A DNA stretch of 64,000 nucleotides from an uncultured Gammaproteobacteria bacterium (GTDB lineage: Bacteria; Pseudomonadota; Gammaproteobacteria; Arenicellales; CAJQKF01), in contig CAYGJZ010000004.1 in NCBI GenBank assembly GCA_964350265.1, positions 12,318 to 76,317 of the forward strand, given 5' to 3'. The position numbers and the translations under genes are program-made. A model generated the notes under the pieces. It saw only the letters and a program-made list of their open reading frames with translations, had not been told where the DNA came from and did not search any database. Positions 43,807 through 52,518 of this stretch are shown piece by piece (position 1 is the first letter of the stretch; the number at the start of each line of letters is the position of its first letter).

Positions 43807-46800
43807 GTGTTCAGCCAGTTCTTCATCCACCGGCCGAAGTTCGCCTTCGTCATCTCCATCGTCATCACCCTGGTCGGCCTGCTCGCGCTCAACGCCCTGC
43901 CGATTGCGCAGTTCCCGCAGATCACGCCGCCCACCGTGCAGGTCAACGCGGTCTACCCCGGCGCCAATGCCGAGGTGGTGGAGGAAACCGTGGCGGCGCC
44001 GCTGGAGGCGGAGATCAACGGTGTCGAGGACATGATCTACCTGTCCTCGAAGTCCGCCAACGACGGCTCGATGTCGATCACCGTGACCTTCGACGTCGGC
44101 ACCGACGCCGACCTGGCCGCGGTCAACGTGCAGAACCGGGTGGCGGCGGCCACCTCGCGGCTGCCGGAGGAAGTGGTCCGCCAGGGCGTGACCACGCGCA
44201 AGACCTCCACCGACATGGTGCTGGTGATCAACCTGTCCTCCCCCGGCGGCACCTACGACGGCCTGTTCCTGTCCAACTATGCCGCCATCAACGTCCGCGA
44301 TGCCCTCTCGCGGGTGCCCGGCGTGGCCGAGGCGTCGATCCTCGGCGAACTGTCCTATTCCATGCGCATCTGGCTCGATCCGCAGCGCATGGCCAGCTTC
44401 GGCATCACCACCACCGACATCATCCAGGCACTCGACGAGCAGAACGTGCAGGTGCCGGCCGGCAAGATCGGCGCACCGCCGCTCACCGAGAACCAGTCGT
44501 TCACCTACACCGTGGTCACCCGCGGCCGCCTGGCCGACGCCGCGGAGTTCGCCGAGATCATGCTGCGGGTTGCCGCCGACGGCTCCCGCGTCACCCTCGG
44601 CGACGTCGCCCGGGTGGAGCTGGGCGCGGCCTCCTACGAGGCCTATGGCCGGCTCAACGGTGCCCCGGCGGTGGTCATGGGGGTCTACCAGTTGCCCGAC
44701 GCCAACGCCCTGGAGGTGGCCGACGCGGTGGCGGCGGAACTGGAATCGCTGTCCGCGCGTTTTCCGCCCGACCTCGCCCACAGCATTCTGTACGACACCA
44801 CCCGCTACGTGCGCATCTCCATCCGCGAGGTGGTGGTGACCCTGCTGCAGGCGCTGGTGCTGGTGGTGCTGGTGGTGTTCGTCTTCCTCGGCGACTGGCG
44901 TTCCACCCTGATCCCCGGCATCGCCGTGCCGGTTTCCCTGGTCGGCACCTTCGCGGTGCTGCTGGTGGCCGGCTTCTCGCTCAATACCATCGTGCTGTTC
45001 GCGCTGATCCTGGCCATCGGCATCGTCGTTGACGACGCCATCGTGGTGGTGGAGAACGCCCAGCGTCACATCGCCGAGGGCCGCGCGCCGGCCGAGGCCA
45101 CCGCGCTGGCCATGCGCGAGGTCAGCGGGCCGGTGGTGGCCACCACCCTGGTGCTGCTGGCGGTGTTCGTGCCGGTGGCACTGATGCCCGGCATCACCGG
45201 CGAGCTGTACCGGCAGTTCGCGGTGACCATCTCCGCGGCGGTGGCGATCTCCTCGATCAACGCGCTGACCCTGAGCCCGGCGCTGTGCGCGGTGCTGCTC
45301 AAGCCGCAGGGCGAAGGCGCGCGCTGGCACCAGGGCTTCAACCGCCTGTTCGGCCGCCTGACCGGCGTCTACGTGCGCACCACCGGCCTGCTGGTGCGCC
45401 GCGTCGTGGTCACCCTGGCCATTCTCGCCGCGGTGCTCGGCGGTAGCTGGCAACTGTTCAGCAGCCTGCCCAGCGCCTTCCTGCCGAACGAGGACCAGGG
45501 AGCCTTCATGGTCGACCTGACCCTGCCCGACGGCGCCTCGCTGAACCGTACCGAAGCGGTGCTGGCCGATGTCGAGCGCCAGTTGCTGGCCATACCCGGT
45601 GTCACCGACGTGATGTCGGTGCCGGGCTTCAGCCTGCTCAACGGCGCCCTGTCCTCGAACACCGCCTTCGCCATCGGCATCCTCGACGACTGGGACAACC
45701 GCACCGAGCCGGAACTGGCGCTCGCCACCATCATGGGCCGCCTGCAGGGCATTGCCCTGGCCCTGCCCGATGCCCGCATGCTGCCCTTCGTGCCGCCGCC
45801 GATCCCCGGGCTCGGCTCCACCTCCGGCTTCGAGTTCGTCCTCCAGGACCGCGCCGGCGGCACCCCGGCCGACCTGCAGGCGGCGCTGAACGGCCTGCTG
45901 GTGGCGGCCAACGGCTCGCCGCGGCTGAGCCAGGTGTACTCGACCTTCTCCACCGCCTCGCCACGCATCTGGCTGGACATCGACCGCGCCAAGGCGAAGA
46001 CCCTGGGCGTGCCGCTGGGCGAGGTCTTCACCACCCTGCAGGCACAGCTCGGCGGTGTCTACGTGAACGACTTCAACCGCGGCGGGCGCGTCTACCGGGT
46101 CATGGCCCAGGCCGACGCCGAGCACCGCAACGCACCGGAGGACATCGGCCGGCTGTACGTGCGCAACCAGGCCGGCGAGATGGTGCCGCTGTCCACCCTG
46201 GTCAGCTTCAACACCATCACCGGACCGGACATCATCAACCGTTACAACCTGTTTCGCTCGGCCACCATCAGCGGCAATGCCGCTGCCGGCACCAGCTCCG
46301 GCGACGCCATTGCCGAGATGACCGCGGTCGCCGGACAGGCGCTGCCCGAAACCATGGGCTTTGCCTGGACCGGCATGTCCTACCAGGAAATCCGCGCCGC
46401 CGGCCAGACCACCATCATCCTTCTGCTGTCGCTGGTCTTCGTCTACCTGTTCCTGGTGGCCCAGTACGAGAGCTGGTCGATCCCGCTGTCGGTGCTGCTG
46501 TCGGTGCCGGTGGCCATCCTCGGCGCGCTGGCAACCATCGCCCTGGTCGGCATGCCGGTGAACCTGTACACCCAGATCGGCCTGCTGATGCTGGTCGGCC
46601 TCGCCTCCAAGAACGCCATCCTCATCGTCGAGTTCGCCAGTTCCCTGCGCCGCGAAGGGCATGCCATCGTCGATGCCGCCCTCGGTGCCGCGGAGCTGCG
46701 CTTCCGCGCGGTGATGATGACCGCGGTGTCGTTCATCCTCGGCGTGCTGCCGCTGGTCTTCGCCAGCGGTGCGGGTGCGGCCAGCCGGGTCTCCATCGGC

Positions 46801-46938
46801 CTGGCGGTGTTCGGCGGCATGCTGGCGGCCACCGTGTTCGGCGTGGTGCTGGTACCGCCGCTGTACCGGGTGGTGCAGTCAGCGCGCGAACGCGCCCACG
46901 GCGCGCCGCGCGACGACCAGGTCAGCGGTACAGGGTGA
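43807..46938 (+). CDS. RND efflux transporter permease (AcrB/MexB family, HAE1-like)
   Basis: It is 1043 aa. The N-terminus FSQFFIHRPKFAFVISIVITLVGL is typical, with 12 TM segments and two large loops. The start is GTG. Confidence 0.95.
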   Translation: MFSQFFIHRPKFAFVISIVITLVGLLALNALPIAQFPQITPPTVQVNAVYPGANAEVVEETVAAPLEAEINGVEDMIYLSSKSANDGSMSITVTFDVGTDADLAAVNVQNRVAAATSRLPEEVVRQGVTTRKTSTDMVLVINLSSPGGTYDGLFLSNYAAINVRDALSRVPGVAEASILGELSYSMRIWLDPQRMASFGITTTDIIQALDEQNVQVPAGKIGAPPLTENQSFTYTVVTRGRLADAAEFAEIMLRVAADGSRVTLGDVARVELGAASYEAYGRLNGAPAVVMGVYQLPDANALEVADAVAAELESLSARFPPDLAHSILYDTTRYVRISIREVVVTLLQALVLVVLVVFVFLGDWRSTLIPGIAVPVSLVGTFAVLLVAGFSLNTIVLFALILAIGIVVDDAIVVVENAQRHIAEGRAPAEATALAMREVSGPVVATTLVLLAVFVPVALMPGITGELYRQFAVTISAAVAISSINALTLSPALCAVLLKPQGEGARWHQGFNRLFGRLTGVYVRTTGLLVRRVVVTLAILAAVLGGSWQLFSSLPSAFLPNEDQGAFMVDLTLPDGASLNRTEAVLADVERQLLAIPGVTDVMSVPGFSLLNGALSSNTAFAIGILDDWDNRTEPELALATIMGRLQGIALALPDARMLPFVPPPIPGLGSTSGFEFVLQDRAGGTPADLQAALNGLLVAANGSPRLSQVYSTFSTASPRIWLDIDRAKAKTLGVPLGEVFTTLQAQLGGVYVNDFNRGGRVYRVMAQADAEHRNAPEDIGRLYVRNQAGEMVPLSTLVSFNTITGPDIINRYNLFRSATISGNAAAGTSSGDAIAEMTAVAGQALPETMGFAWTGMSYQEIRAAGQTTIILLLSLVFVYLFLVAQYESWSIPLSVLLSVPVAILGALATIALVGMPVNLYTQIGLLMLVGLASKNAILIVEFASSLRREGHAIVDAALGAAELRFRAVMMTAVSFILGVLPLVFASGAGAASRVSIGLAVFGGMLAATVFGVVLVPPLYRVVQSARERAHGAPRDDQVSGTG

Positions 46939-47806
46939 ACAGGGCCGAGTGGTCGAGGTCGGCGCCGCCGGCGTCGATGACGCGGTCGTAGAGGTCACGG
47001 CACAGGTCGGTCACCGGCAGATCGAGGCCGAGCTGGCCCGCCAGGTCGAGGGCCTGGGCGAGATCCTTGCGCTGGGTGGCGCAGCGACCGCCGGGAACGA
47101 AGTTGTCGGTCTGCATGCGCTCGCCGTGCACCTCGAGGATGCGCGAGGAGGCGAAGCCGCCGGCCAGCGCCTCGCGCACCTTGCCGACGTCGGCGCCGGC
47201 CCGCCCGGCCAGTGCCAACGCCTCGGATACCGCCGCGATGGTCAGCCCGACGATGACCTGGTTGGCGGCCTTGGCGATCTGCCCGGCACCGCTGTCGCCG
47301 ACCCGGGTGACCCGCGCGCCGAGCACCTCGAACAACGGCATCGCCCGCTGCACCGACGCCTCGGTGCCACCGGCCATGATCGACAGGTTGCCCTGCTCGG
47401 CGCCGATGACGCCGCCGGAAACCGGGGCATCGATGAACTCGGCGCCGGCATCACGCACCACCTCCGCCAGCGCCCGCGTGGCCGCCACCGCGGTGGTGCC
47501 CATGTCGATCACCAGCGCACCGGGAGACAGCGACTCGAGGATGCCGTCGGCACCCTGCACGACCTGTTCCACGGTGGCCGTATCGGCCAGCATGCAGATA
47601 ACGATGTCGGCCCCCGCCGCCAGCCGCGCCGGGGTCTGGTGAACCCGCGCGGCATCGCCGTTGACCGCCGCCAGCGCCTTCTCGGCGGTGCGGTTGTAGA
47701 CGCCGACGTCGAAGCCGGCGGCCAGCAGGCGGCGCGCCATCGGCGTGCCCATCAGCCCGGTGCCGGCCAGCCCCACGCGCTCAGTTCGGTTGTTGCCGTT
47801 TGCCAT
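46922..47806 (-). CDS. NAD(P)-dependent 3-hydroxyisobutyrate / 2-hydroxy-3-oxopropionate reductase family dehydrogenase
   Basis: The motifs are GLAGTGLMGTPMARRL, DAPVSGG and GAGQIAKAANQ. Its 3' end overlaps the convergent RND gene by 17 nt. Confidence 0.85.
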   Translation of the reverse strand: MANGNNRTERVGLAGTGLMGTPMARRLLAAGFDVGVYNRTAEKALAAVNGDAARVHQTPARLAAGADIVICMLADTATVEQVVQGADGILESLSPGALVIDMGTTAVAATRALAEVVRDAGAEFIDAPVSGGVIGAEQGNLSIMAGGTEASVQRAMPLFEVLGARVTRVGDSGAGQIAKAANQVIVGLTIAAVSEALALAGRAGADVGKVREALAGGFASSRILEVHGERMQTDNFVPGGRCATQRKDLAQALDLAGQLGLDLPVTDLCRDLYDRVIDAGGADLDHSALFTLYR

Positions 47807-47878
47807 GTCCCCTGGTCCCCTGGTGTGCCGCCCCCGCGGCGTTCCCCGCTATTCTACCGCGCATTGTCCCCGGCCAGC

Positions 47879-47908
47879 TTGCCGGCGACGGTTGCGCTCC
47901 ACTATGAT
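47879..47908 (+). promoter_or_regulatory. Candidate promoter (TTGCCG-18 nt-TATGAT) for the riboswitch-thi operon
   Basis: The hexamers end about 8 nt before the riboswitch P1 stem. This is pattern matching only. Confidence 0.35.
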
Positions 47909-47915
47909 CCATCGA

Positions 47916-48008
47916 CACTCATCGGGGTGCGCCCGTCCGCGCGCTGAGAGGGATCGTTCCCAACCCGTTGAACCTGACCGGGCTCGTACCCGCGTAGGGA
48001 TGTGAGTG
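47916..48008 (+). promoter_or_regulatory. TPP (THI-box) riboswitch
   Basis: P1 pairs CACTCA (47916-47921) with TGAGTG (48003-48008). The conserved core reads GGGGTGC...GCTGAGAGG...ACCC..TGAACCTGA.CGGG...ACCCGCGTAGGGA. It lies directly upstream of thiB. Confidence 0.85.
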
Positions 48009-48057
48009 ACGCTGTTGCCCACCTCGCATCCTTCCGATCACCGACGTGGAGCAATCG

Positions 48058-49053
48058 ATGCGCATTCCCTCCCTGCTCGCCGCCGTCCTGGCCCTGGCCA
48101 CGCCGCCGGCATTGGCCGATGCCGACCTGACCGTCTACACCTACGATTCCTTCACCAGCGACTGGGGTCCGGGACCGAAGGTGGAAGCCGCCTTCGAGGC
48201 CGAGTGCGGCTGCGACATCGAGCTGGTCGGGCTGGCCGACGGCGTCACCCTGCTCAACCGGCTGAAGATCGAGGGCAGCGGCAGCCAGGCCGACGTGGTG
48301 CTGGGACTGGACACCAACCTCACCGCCGAGGCCCGAGACAGCGGCCTGTTCGCCGCCCACGACACCGACCTCGGCGCCCTGGCCCTGCCGCTGGCCTGGG
48401 ACGACGATGTCTTCGTGCCCTATGACTACGGCTACTTCGCCTTCGTCTACAACCGCGAGCGACTGGCCACGCCGCCGGCCAGCCTGGCGGCACTGGTCAA
48501 CGACGACGACGGTCCCACCGTGCTCATCCAGGATCCGCGCACCAGCACCCCGGGGCTTGGCCTGCTGCTGTGGATGAAGAAGGTGTTCGGCGACGAGGCC
48601 GCCAGTGCCTGGCAGTCGCTGTCACCGCGCATCGTCACCGTCACCCAGGGCTGGAGCGAGGCCTACGGCATGTTCCTGAAGAACGAGGCGTCGATGGTGC
48701 TCAGCTACACCACCTCGCCCGCCTACCACGCCATCGCCGAGGAGGACGAGCGCTTCGCCGCCGCCGCTTTCGCCGAGGGCCACTACCTGCAGGTGGAAGT
48801 GGCGGCACGGCTCGCCGCCAGCGACAGCCCGGCGCTGGCACGGGACTTTCTCGCCTTCCTGCTGTCGCCGGCGGTGCAGGACGTCCTGCCCACCAGCAAC
48901 TGGATGTACCCGGCGGCGGCCGACCCCTCGACCCTGCCCGCGGCCTTCTCCACGCTGGTCGATCCGGCCCCGGTGCTGGCCTTCGACGACCACGAGGTGG
49001 CCGCCTCCCGCCGTGCCTGGATCGACGAGTGGCTCGAGGCGCTGAGCCGCTGA
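48058..49053 (+). CDS. thiB: Thiamine ABC transporter periplasmic binding protein
   Basis: It closely resembles E. coli ThiB/TbpA: LTVYTYDSF..DWGPGP, FVPYDYGYFAFVY, DPRTSTPGLGLLLWM, SYTTSPAYH and EGHYLQVEVAAR. GGAG lies 6 nt upstream of the ATG at 48058. Confidence 0.92.
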   Translation: MRIPSLLAAVLALATPPALADADLTVYTYDSFTSDWGPGPKVEAAFEAECGCDIELVGLADGVTLLNRLKIEGSGSQADVVLGLDTNLTAEARDSGLFAAHDTDLGALALPLAWDDDVFVPYDYGYFAFVYNRERLATPPASLAALVNDDDGPTVLIQDPRTSTPGLGLLLWMKKVFGDEAASAWQSLSPRIVTVTQGWSEAYGMFLKNEASMVLSYTTSPAYHAIAEEDERFAAAAFAEGHYLQVEVAARLAASDSPALARDFLAFLLSPAVQDVLPTSNWMYPAAADPSTLPAAFSTLVDPAPVLAFDDHEVAASRRAWIDEWLEALSR

Positions 49054-49069
49054 GCACCGCGCCACGGCG

Positions 49070-50641
49070 ATGACCCGCCCGGGAATCGCCGGCGGCGTGG
49101 CCACCGCGGCGGTGGTGGCGGCCCTGGTGCTGGCACCGGTGGCGGCACTGGCCTGGCGCGCCGGCGGCTGGCCGGACCTGTCCATCGTGCACGACGCCTA
49201 CCTGCGCCGGGTGCTGTGGTTCAGCCTCTGGCAGGCATCGCTGTCGACCCTGTTCAGCGTGCTGCCGGCGGTGCTGGTGGCACGCGCCCTCGCCCGCCGC
49301 CGCACCCTGCCGGGGCGACGCTGGCTGCTCGGCCTGATGGGACTGCCGCTGGTGGTGCCGTCGGTGGTGGCGGTACTCGGCGTGGTGGCGGTGTTCGGCG
49401 CCGACGGCTACCTGCCGCTGGGCCGCGGTCTCTACGGCCTGGCCGGCATCCTCATCGCCCACGTGTTCTTCAACCTGCCGCTGGCGGCGCGACTGCTGCT
49501 GCCCTCGCTGGAACAGGTCCCGGCGGCGCAGTGGCGGCTGGCGCGCCAGCTCGGCTTCAGCACCTGGCAGGTCTTCCGCCACCTCGAGTGGCCGGCCCTG
49601 CGCGGCGCCCTGCCCGGTGCCGCGCTGCTCGTCTTCATGCTCTGCCTGACCAGCTTCGCGGTGGTGCTGACCCTCGGCGGTGGTCCACGCAGCACCACCC
49701 TGGAGGTGGCCATCTACCAGTCGCTGCGCTTCGACTTCGACCCCGCCCGGGCGGTTTCCCTGGCGCTGGTCCAGCTCGCCGTCTGCGGGCTGCTGGCCCT
49801 GGTCGCCGCCCGCCTGGCCCGCCACCCGGCGGGGGAAATCGACACCAGCGGGGCCACCGTGATCATCGATGGTCCGTGGCTGCGCCTCGGCGACGGCCTG
49901 GTCATCGCCGCCAGCATCCTGGTCGTGGGGGTGATCCTCGCCGCCATCGTCGTCGACGCCCTGGCCGGCCCGGTGTTCCAGGTGCTGTCCAGCGCGGCCC
50001 TGTGGCACAGCCTGGCGCTGTCCGGCACCATCGCGCTGGCCGCCACCGTGCTGGCCGCGGCGGGAGGCTGGCTGATCACCGCCGCCGCCGCGCGCCTGGC
50101 CACCGGCACAGGCGCCGGCGGCGGCGCCGCCGACGCGCTGGAGATGCTCGGCGCGCTGGTCTACGTGGTGCCGCCACTGGTCATCGGCACCGGCTACTTC
50201 CTGCTGCTGCACGGTCTCCTCGACCTCGACCGCGTCACCGTGGTCATGGTGGTGCTGGTCAATGCGCTGATGGGCCTGCCCTTCGTCATCCGCGGGCTGG
50301 CGCCGTCCATGCGGCGACGCGAGGCCGACTACGGGCGACTGTGCCGCAGCCTCGGCATGACCCGCCGCCAGCGCCTGCTGCGCGTGGACCTGCCGCTGCT
50401 GCGCCGCCCGCTGGGCATGGCCGCGGCGCTGGTCACCGCGCTGTCCTTCGGCGACCTCGGCGTGGTGGCGCTGTTCGCCGGCGACGGCACCACCACCATG
50501 CCGCTGCTGCTCTACCAGTACCTGTCGGCCTACCGCATGGGCGAGGCCGCGGTCACCGCGCTGGTGCTGCTGCTGGGCTGCCTGGCACTGTTCGTGCTGG
50601 TCGAGCGCCTGGTCGGCGGGAGGCATCATGCTGCGCCTTGA
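49070..50641 (+). CDS. thiP: Thiamine ABC transporter permease
   Basis: It is 523 aa with duplicated ABC-permease domains. Its position between thiB and thiQ supports the call. Confidence 0.9.
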   Translation: MTRPGIAGGVATAAVVAALVLAPVAALAWRAGGWPDLSIVHDAYLRRVLWFSLWQASLSTLFSVLPAVLVARALARRRTLPGRRWLLGLMGLPLVVPSVVAVLGVVAVFGADGYLPLGRGLYGLAGILIAHVFFNLPLAARLLLPSLEQVPAAQWRLARQLGFSTWQVFRHLEWPALRGALPGAALLVFMLCLTSFAVVLTLGGGPRSTTLEVAIYQSLRFDFDPARAVSLALVQLAVCGLLALVAARLARHPAGEIDTSGATVIIDGPWLRLGDGLVIAASILVVGVILAAIVVDALAGPVFQVLSSAALWHSLALSGTIALAATVLAAAGGWLITAAAARLATGTGAGGGAADALEMLGALVYVVPPLVIGTGYFLLLHGLLDLDRVTVVMVVLVNALMGLPFVIRGLAPSMRRREADYGRLCRSLGMTRRQRLLRVDLPLLRRPLGMAAALVTALSFGDLGVVALFAGDGTTTMPLLLYQYLSAYRMGEAAVTALVLLLGCLALFVLVERLVGGRHHAAP

Positions 50642-51323
50642 CGGGCTCACCTTCGCCCACGGCGAACAGCGCTTCACCTTCGACCTGGCGGTGGAACGCG
50701 GCGAGATTCTCAGCGTCATCGGCCCCAGCGGTGCCGGCAAGTCGACCCTGCTGATGCTGGTCGCCGGCTTCCTCGCCGCGCGGCATGGCCGGGTCTGGGT
50801 GGACGGACAGGACATCACCGCGCTGGCCCCGGAGTCGCGGCCGGTGACCACCGTATTCCAGGAGCACAACCTGTTCCCCCACCTGTCGGTGTTCGACAAC
50901 GTCGCCCTCGGCACCTCGCCGGGCCTGCGCCTGGACGCGGCCGGGCGACGGCAGGTGGACGAGGCGCTCGCCCGGGTGCGGCTCGACGACCTCGCCGGAC
51001 GCCGCCCCGATGCCCTGTCCGGCGGCCAGCGACAGCGGGTGGCCCTGGCCCGGGTGCTGGTGCGCGAGCGGCCGGTGCTGCTCCTCGACGAACCGCTCAC
51101 CGCCCTCGGCCCGGCGCTGCGCGCGGAGCTGCTCGACCTGATCGCCGAGTTGGTGTGCGAGCGGCGCATGGCCGCCATCCTGGTCAGCCATCACCCCGGC
51201 GATGCACGGCGGGTATCGCCGCGCACCGCCTTCCTCCACCAGGGCCGCGTGCATGCGCTGGCGGCCACCGCCGGGATCCTCGACGCCGACGACCCGGTGA
51301 TCGTCGACTACCTCGGCCAATGA
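50628..51323 (+). CDS. thiQ: Thiamine ABC transporter ATP-binding protein
   Basis: Walker A is GPSGAGKST, the signature motif is LSGGQRQR, and Walker B is LLLDEP. It overlaps thiP by 14 nt. Confidence 0.9.
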   Translation: MLRLDGLTFAHGEQRFTFDLAVERGEILSVIGPSGAGKSTLLMLVAGFLAARHGRVWVDGQDITALAPESRPVTTVFQEHNLFPHLSVFDNVALGTSPGLRLDAAGRRQVDEALARVRLDDLAGRRPDALSGGQRQRVALARVLVRERPVLLLDEPLTALGPALRAELLDLIAELVCERRMAAILVSHHPGDARRVSPRTAFLHQGRVHALAATAGILDADDPVIVDYLGQ

Positions 51324-52144
51324 CCACCCGGCCCGCCTGCGGCGCAGCGGCCATCGACGCCGTGCTCGACCGCCTGCCGACGCTGGCCGGTCGGCGGCGC
51401 GGACCGCCGCGCTGGCTCACCGACGACCGGCGGGTCTGTCGTCTCGCCCTCGACGGCAAGGACCACGTGGTGCGCCTGCCCGGCCGCCGGCGCTTCATCG
51501 AGCCGGCGGCGGAACACGCCAACCAGCAGCGCGCCGCCGCGGTCGGCGTGGCGGTGATGCCATTGGCCTTCGAGCCGGCCAGCGGCGCCATCGTCAGCCC
51601 CTGGCTGGCTGCCACGCCGCTGGCCGCGGACGCGGACGTTGCCTGCGCGCTGGCCCGGTTGCACCACCGCGCCGCGGCCTTCGTCGATGTCGCGACGCCG
51701 CGCCAGGCGCTGGCGTGGAACCTGCCCGCCACCACTTGTCGGCCGAGCCAGGCCGCCCTCGCCGAGCGACTCGGCGCGGCGCTGGACGCGCTGCCGGCGG
51801 TGGCGCTGGTGAACCTGCACGGCGACGTCACCGCCGGCAACGTGGTCACCGCCCGCGCCGGCGGCGACACCGTGCTGCTGGACTTCGAGTACGCCCACCG
51901 CGGCCGGGCGAGCTGGGATCTCGCCACCTGGTGCGACGACCGAGACGCCGACGCGGCCGACACCGACGCCTTCCTCGCCGCCTACAACGAGGCCGCGCCC
52001 CGCCCGGTGGCGGATGCCGAGCTGATCCTGATGCGCGCCGTGGTGGCGCTGGTCAGCGCCGCCTGGTGGAGCGACCGGAACCCGGCGCAGGCGGACGCGG
52101 CGCTTGCCCGCACCGTTCGTCTCGTCCACGGGCTTCGGTTATGA
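51320..52144 (+). CDS. Aminoglycoside/choline-kinase-fold phosphotransferase, thiamine kinase (ThiK)-like
   Basis: Its ATG overlaps the thiQ stop as ATGA. At 274 aa it matches E. coli ThiK in length. The catalytic loop LHGDVTAGNVV and LLDFEYAH mirror ThiK LHMDVHAGNLV / LIDWEYAG. Confidence 0.6.
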   Translation: MTTRPACGAAAIDAVLDRLPTLAGRRRGPPRWLTDDRRVCRLALDGKDHVVRLPGRRRFIEPAAEHANQQRAAAVGVAVMPLAFEPASGAIVSPWLAATPLAADADVACALARLHHRAAAFVDVATPRQALAWNLPATTCRPSQAALAERLGAALDALPAVALVNLHGDVTAGNVVTARAGGDTVLLDFEYAHRGRASWDLATWCDDRDADAADTDAFLAAYNEAAPRPVADAELILMRAVVALVSAAWWSDRNPAQADAALARTVRLVHGLRL

Positions 52145-52179
52145 TCGCGCGACGATAACGATACCGGGAAACACCCGCC

Positions 52180-52518
52180 ATGACCCTCGACTACATTGCC
52201 CTCGGCCTGCTGCTGTTCACGGTGCTGGTGCTGTTCTACGGCGTCATCGCCATCCACGACATTCCCTACGAGATGGCCGTGAAGCGCGACCATCCGCACC
52301 AGGACGCCATCCACGTGGCCGGCTGGGTGAGCCTGTTCACGCTGCACGTGATCTGGCCCTTCCTGTGGATCTGGGCGACCTTGTGGCGACCGGATCGCGG
52401 CTGGGGCTTCGCCCGCATCGAGCAGGGGCAGCAGGACCTGCACCACGAGATCGCCGCGCTGTCCGAGCGGCTGCGCAGGCTCGAGGCGGCCAGCGGCAAC
52501 GACGGCGAGGTGCGCTGA
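52180..52518 (+). CDS. DUF3302 (YiaW-like) inner membrane protein
   Basis: The pattern LDYIALGLLLFTVLVLFYGVIAIHDIPYEMAVKRDHPHQDAIHVAGWVSLFTLH is typical of YiaW. It is 112 aa. Confidence 0.8.
   Translation: MTLDYIALGLLLFTVLVLFYGVIAIHDIPYEMAVKRDHPHQDAIHVAGWVSLFTLHVIWPFLWIWATLWRPDRGWGFARIEQGQQDLHHEIAALSERLRRLEAASGNDGEVR

Noticed and set aside
44785-44792. ATTCTGTA inside the RND permease gene matches the putative IclR half-site.
   Set aside because: It lies in the middle of a coding region (His-Ser-Ile-Leu-Tyr-Asp) and has neither a palindromic partner nor the GGAATATTTGT block. I treat it as a chance occurrence, and it shows that the 7-mer alone is not diagnostic.
42691-46662. A very long (1323-aa) ORF lies antisense to the RND permease. 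Similar long ORFs lie antisense to real genes (e.g. 25904-29326, 9875-12184, 2121-4052, 14966-16954, 59526-62435) or in an alternative frame on the same strand (26208-28745).
   Set aside because: Their translations are monotonous Arg/Ala/Gly/Pro/His-rich strings with no recognisable domains. Each lies opposite to, or out of frame with, a gene of clear family identity. In DNA with GC3 of about 70%, stop codons are rare in these frames, so such shadow ORFs are expected. I see no evidence for overlapping coding.
47808-47823. A tandem duplication, TCCCCTGG x2, lies immediately upstream of the dehydrogenase start codon.
   Set aside because: On the coding (minus) strand it reads CCAGGGGA-CCAGGGGA-C-ATG, which is a duplicated Shine-Dalgarno-like element. 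It is a trivial 8-bp duplication with no further structure.
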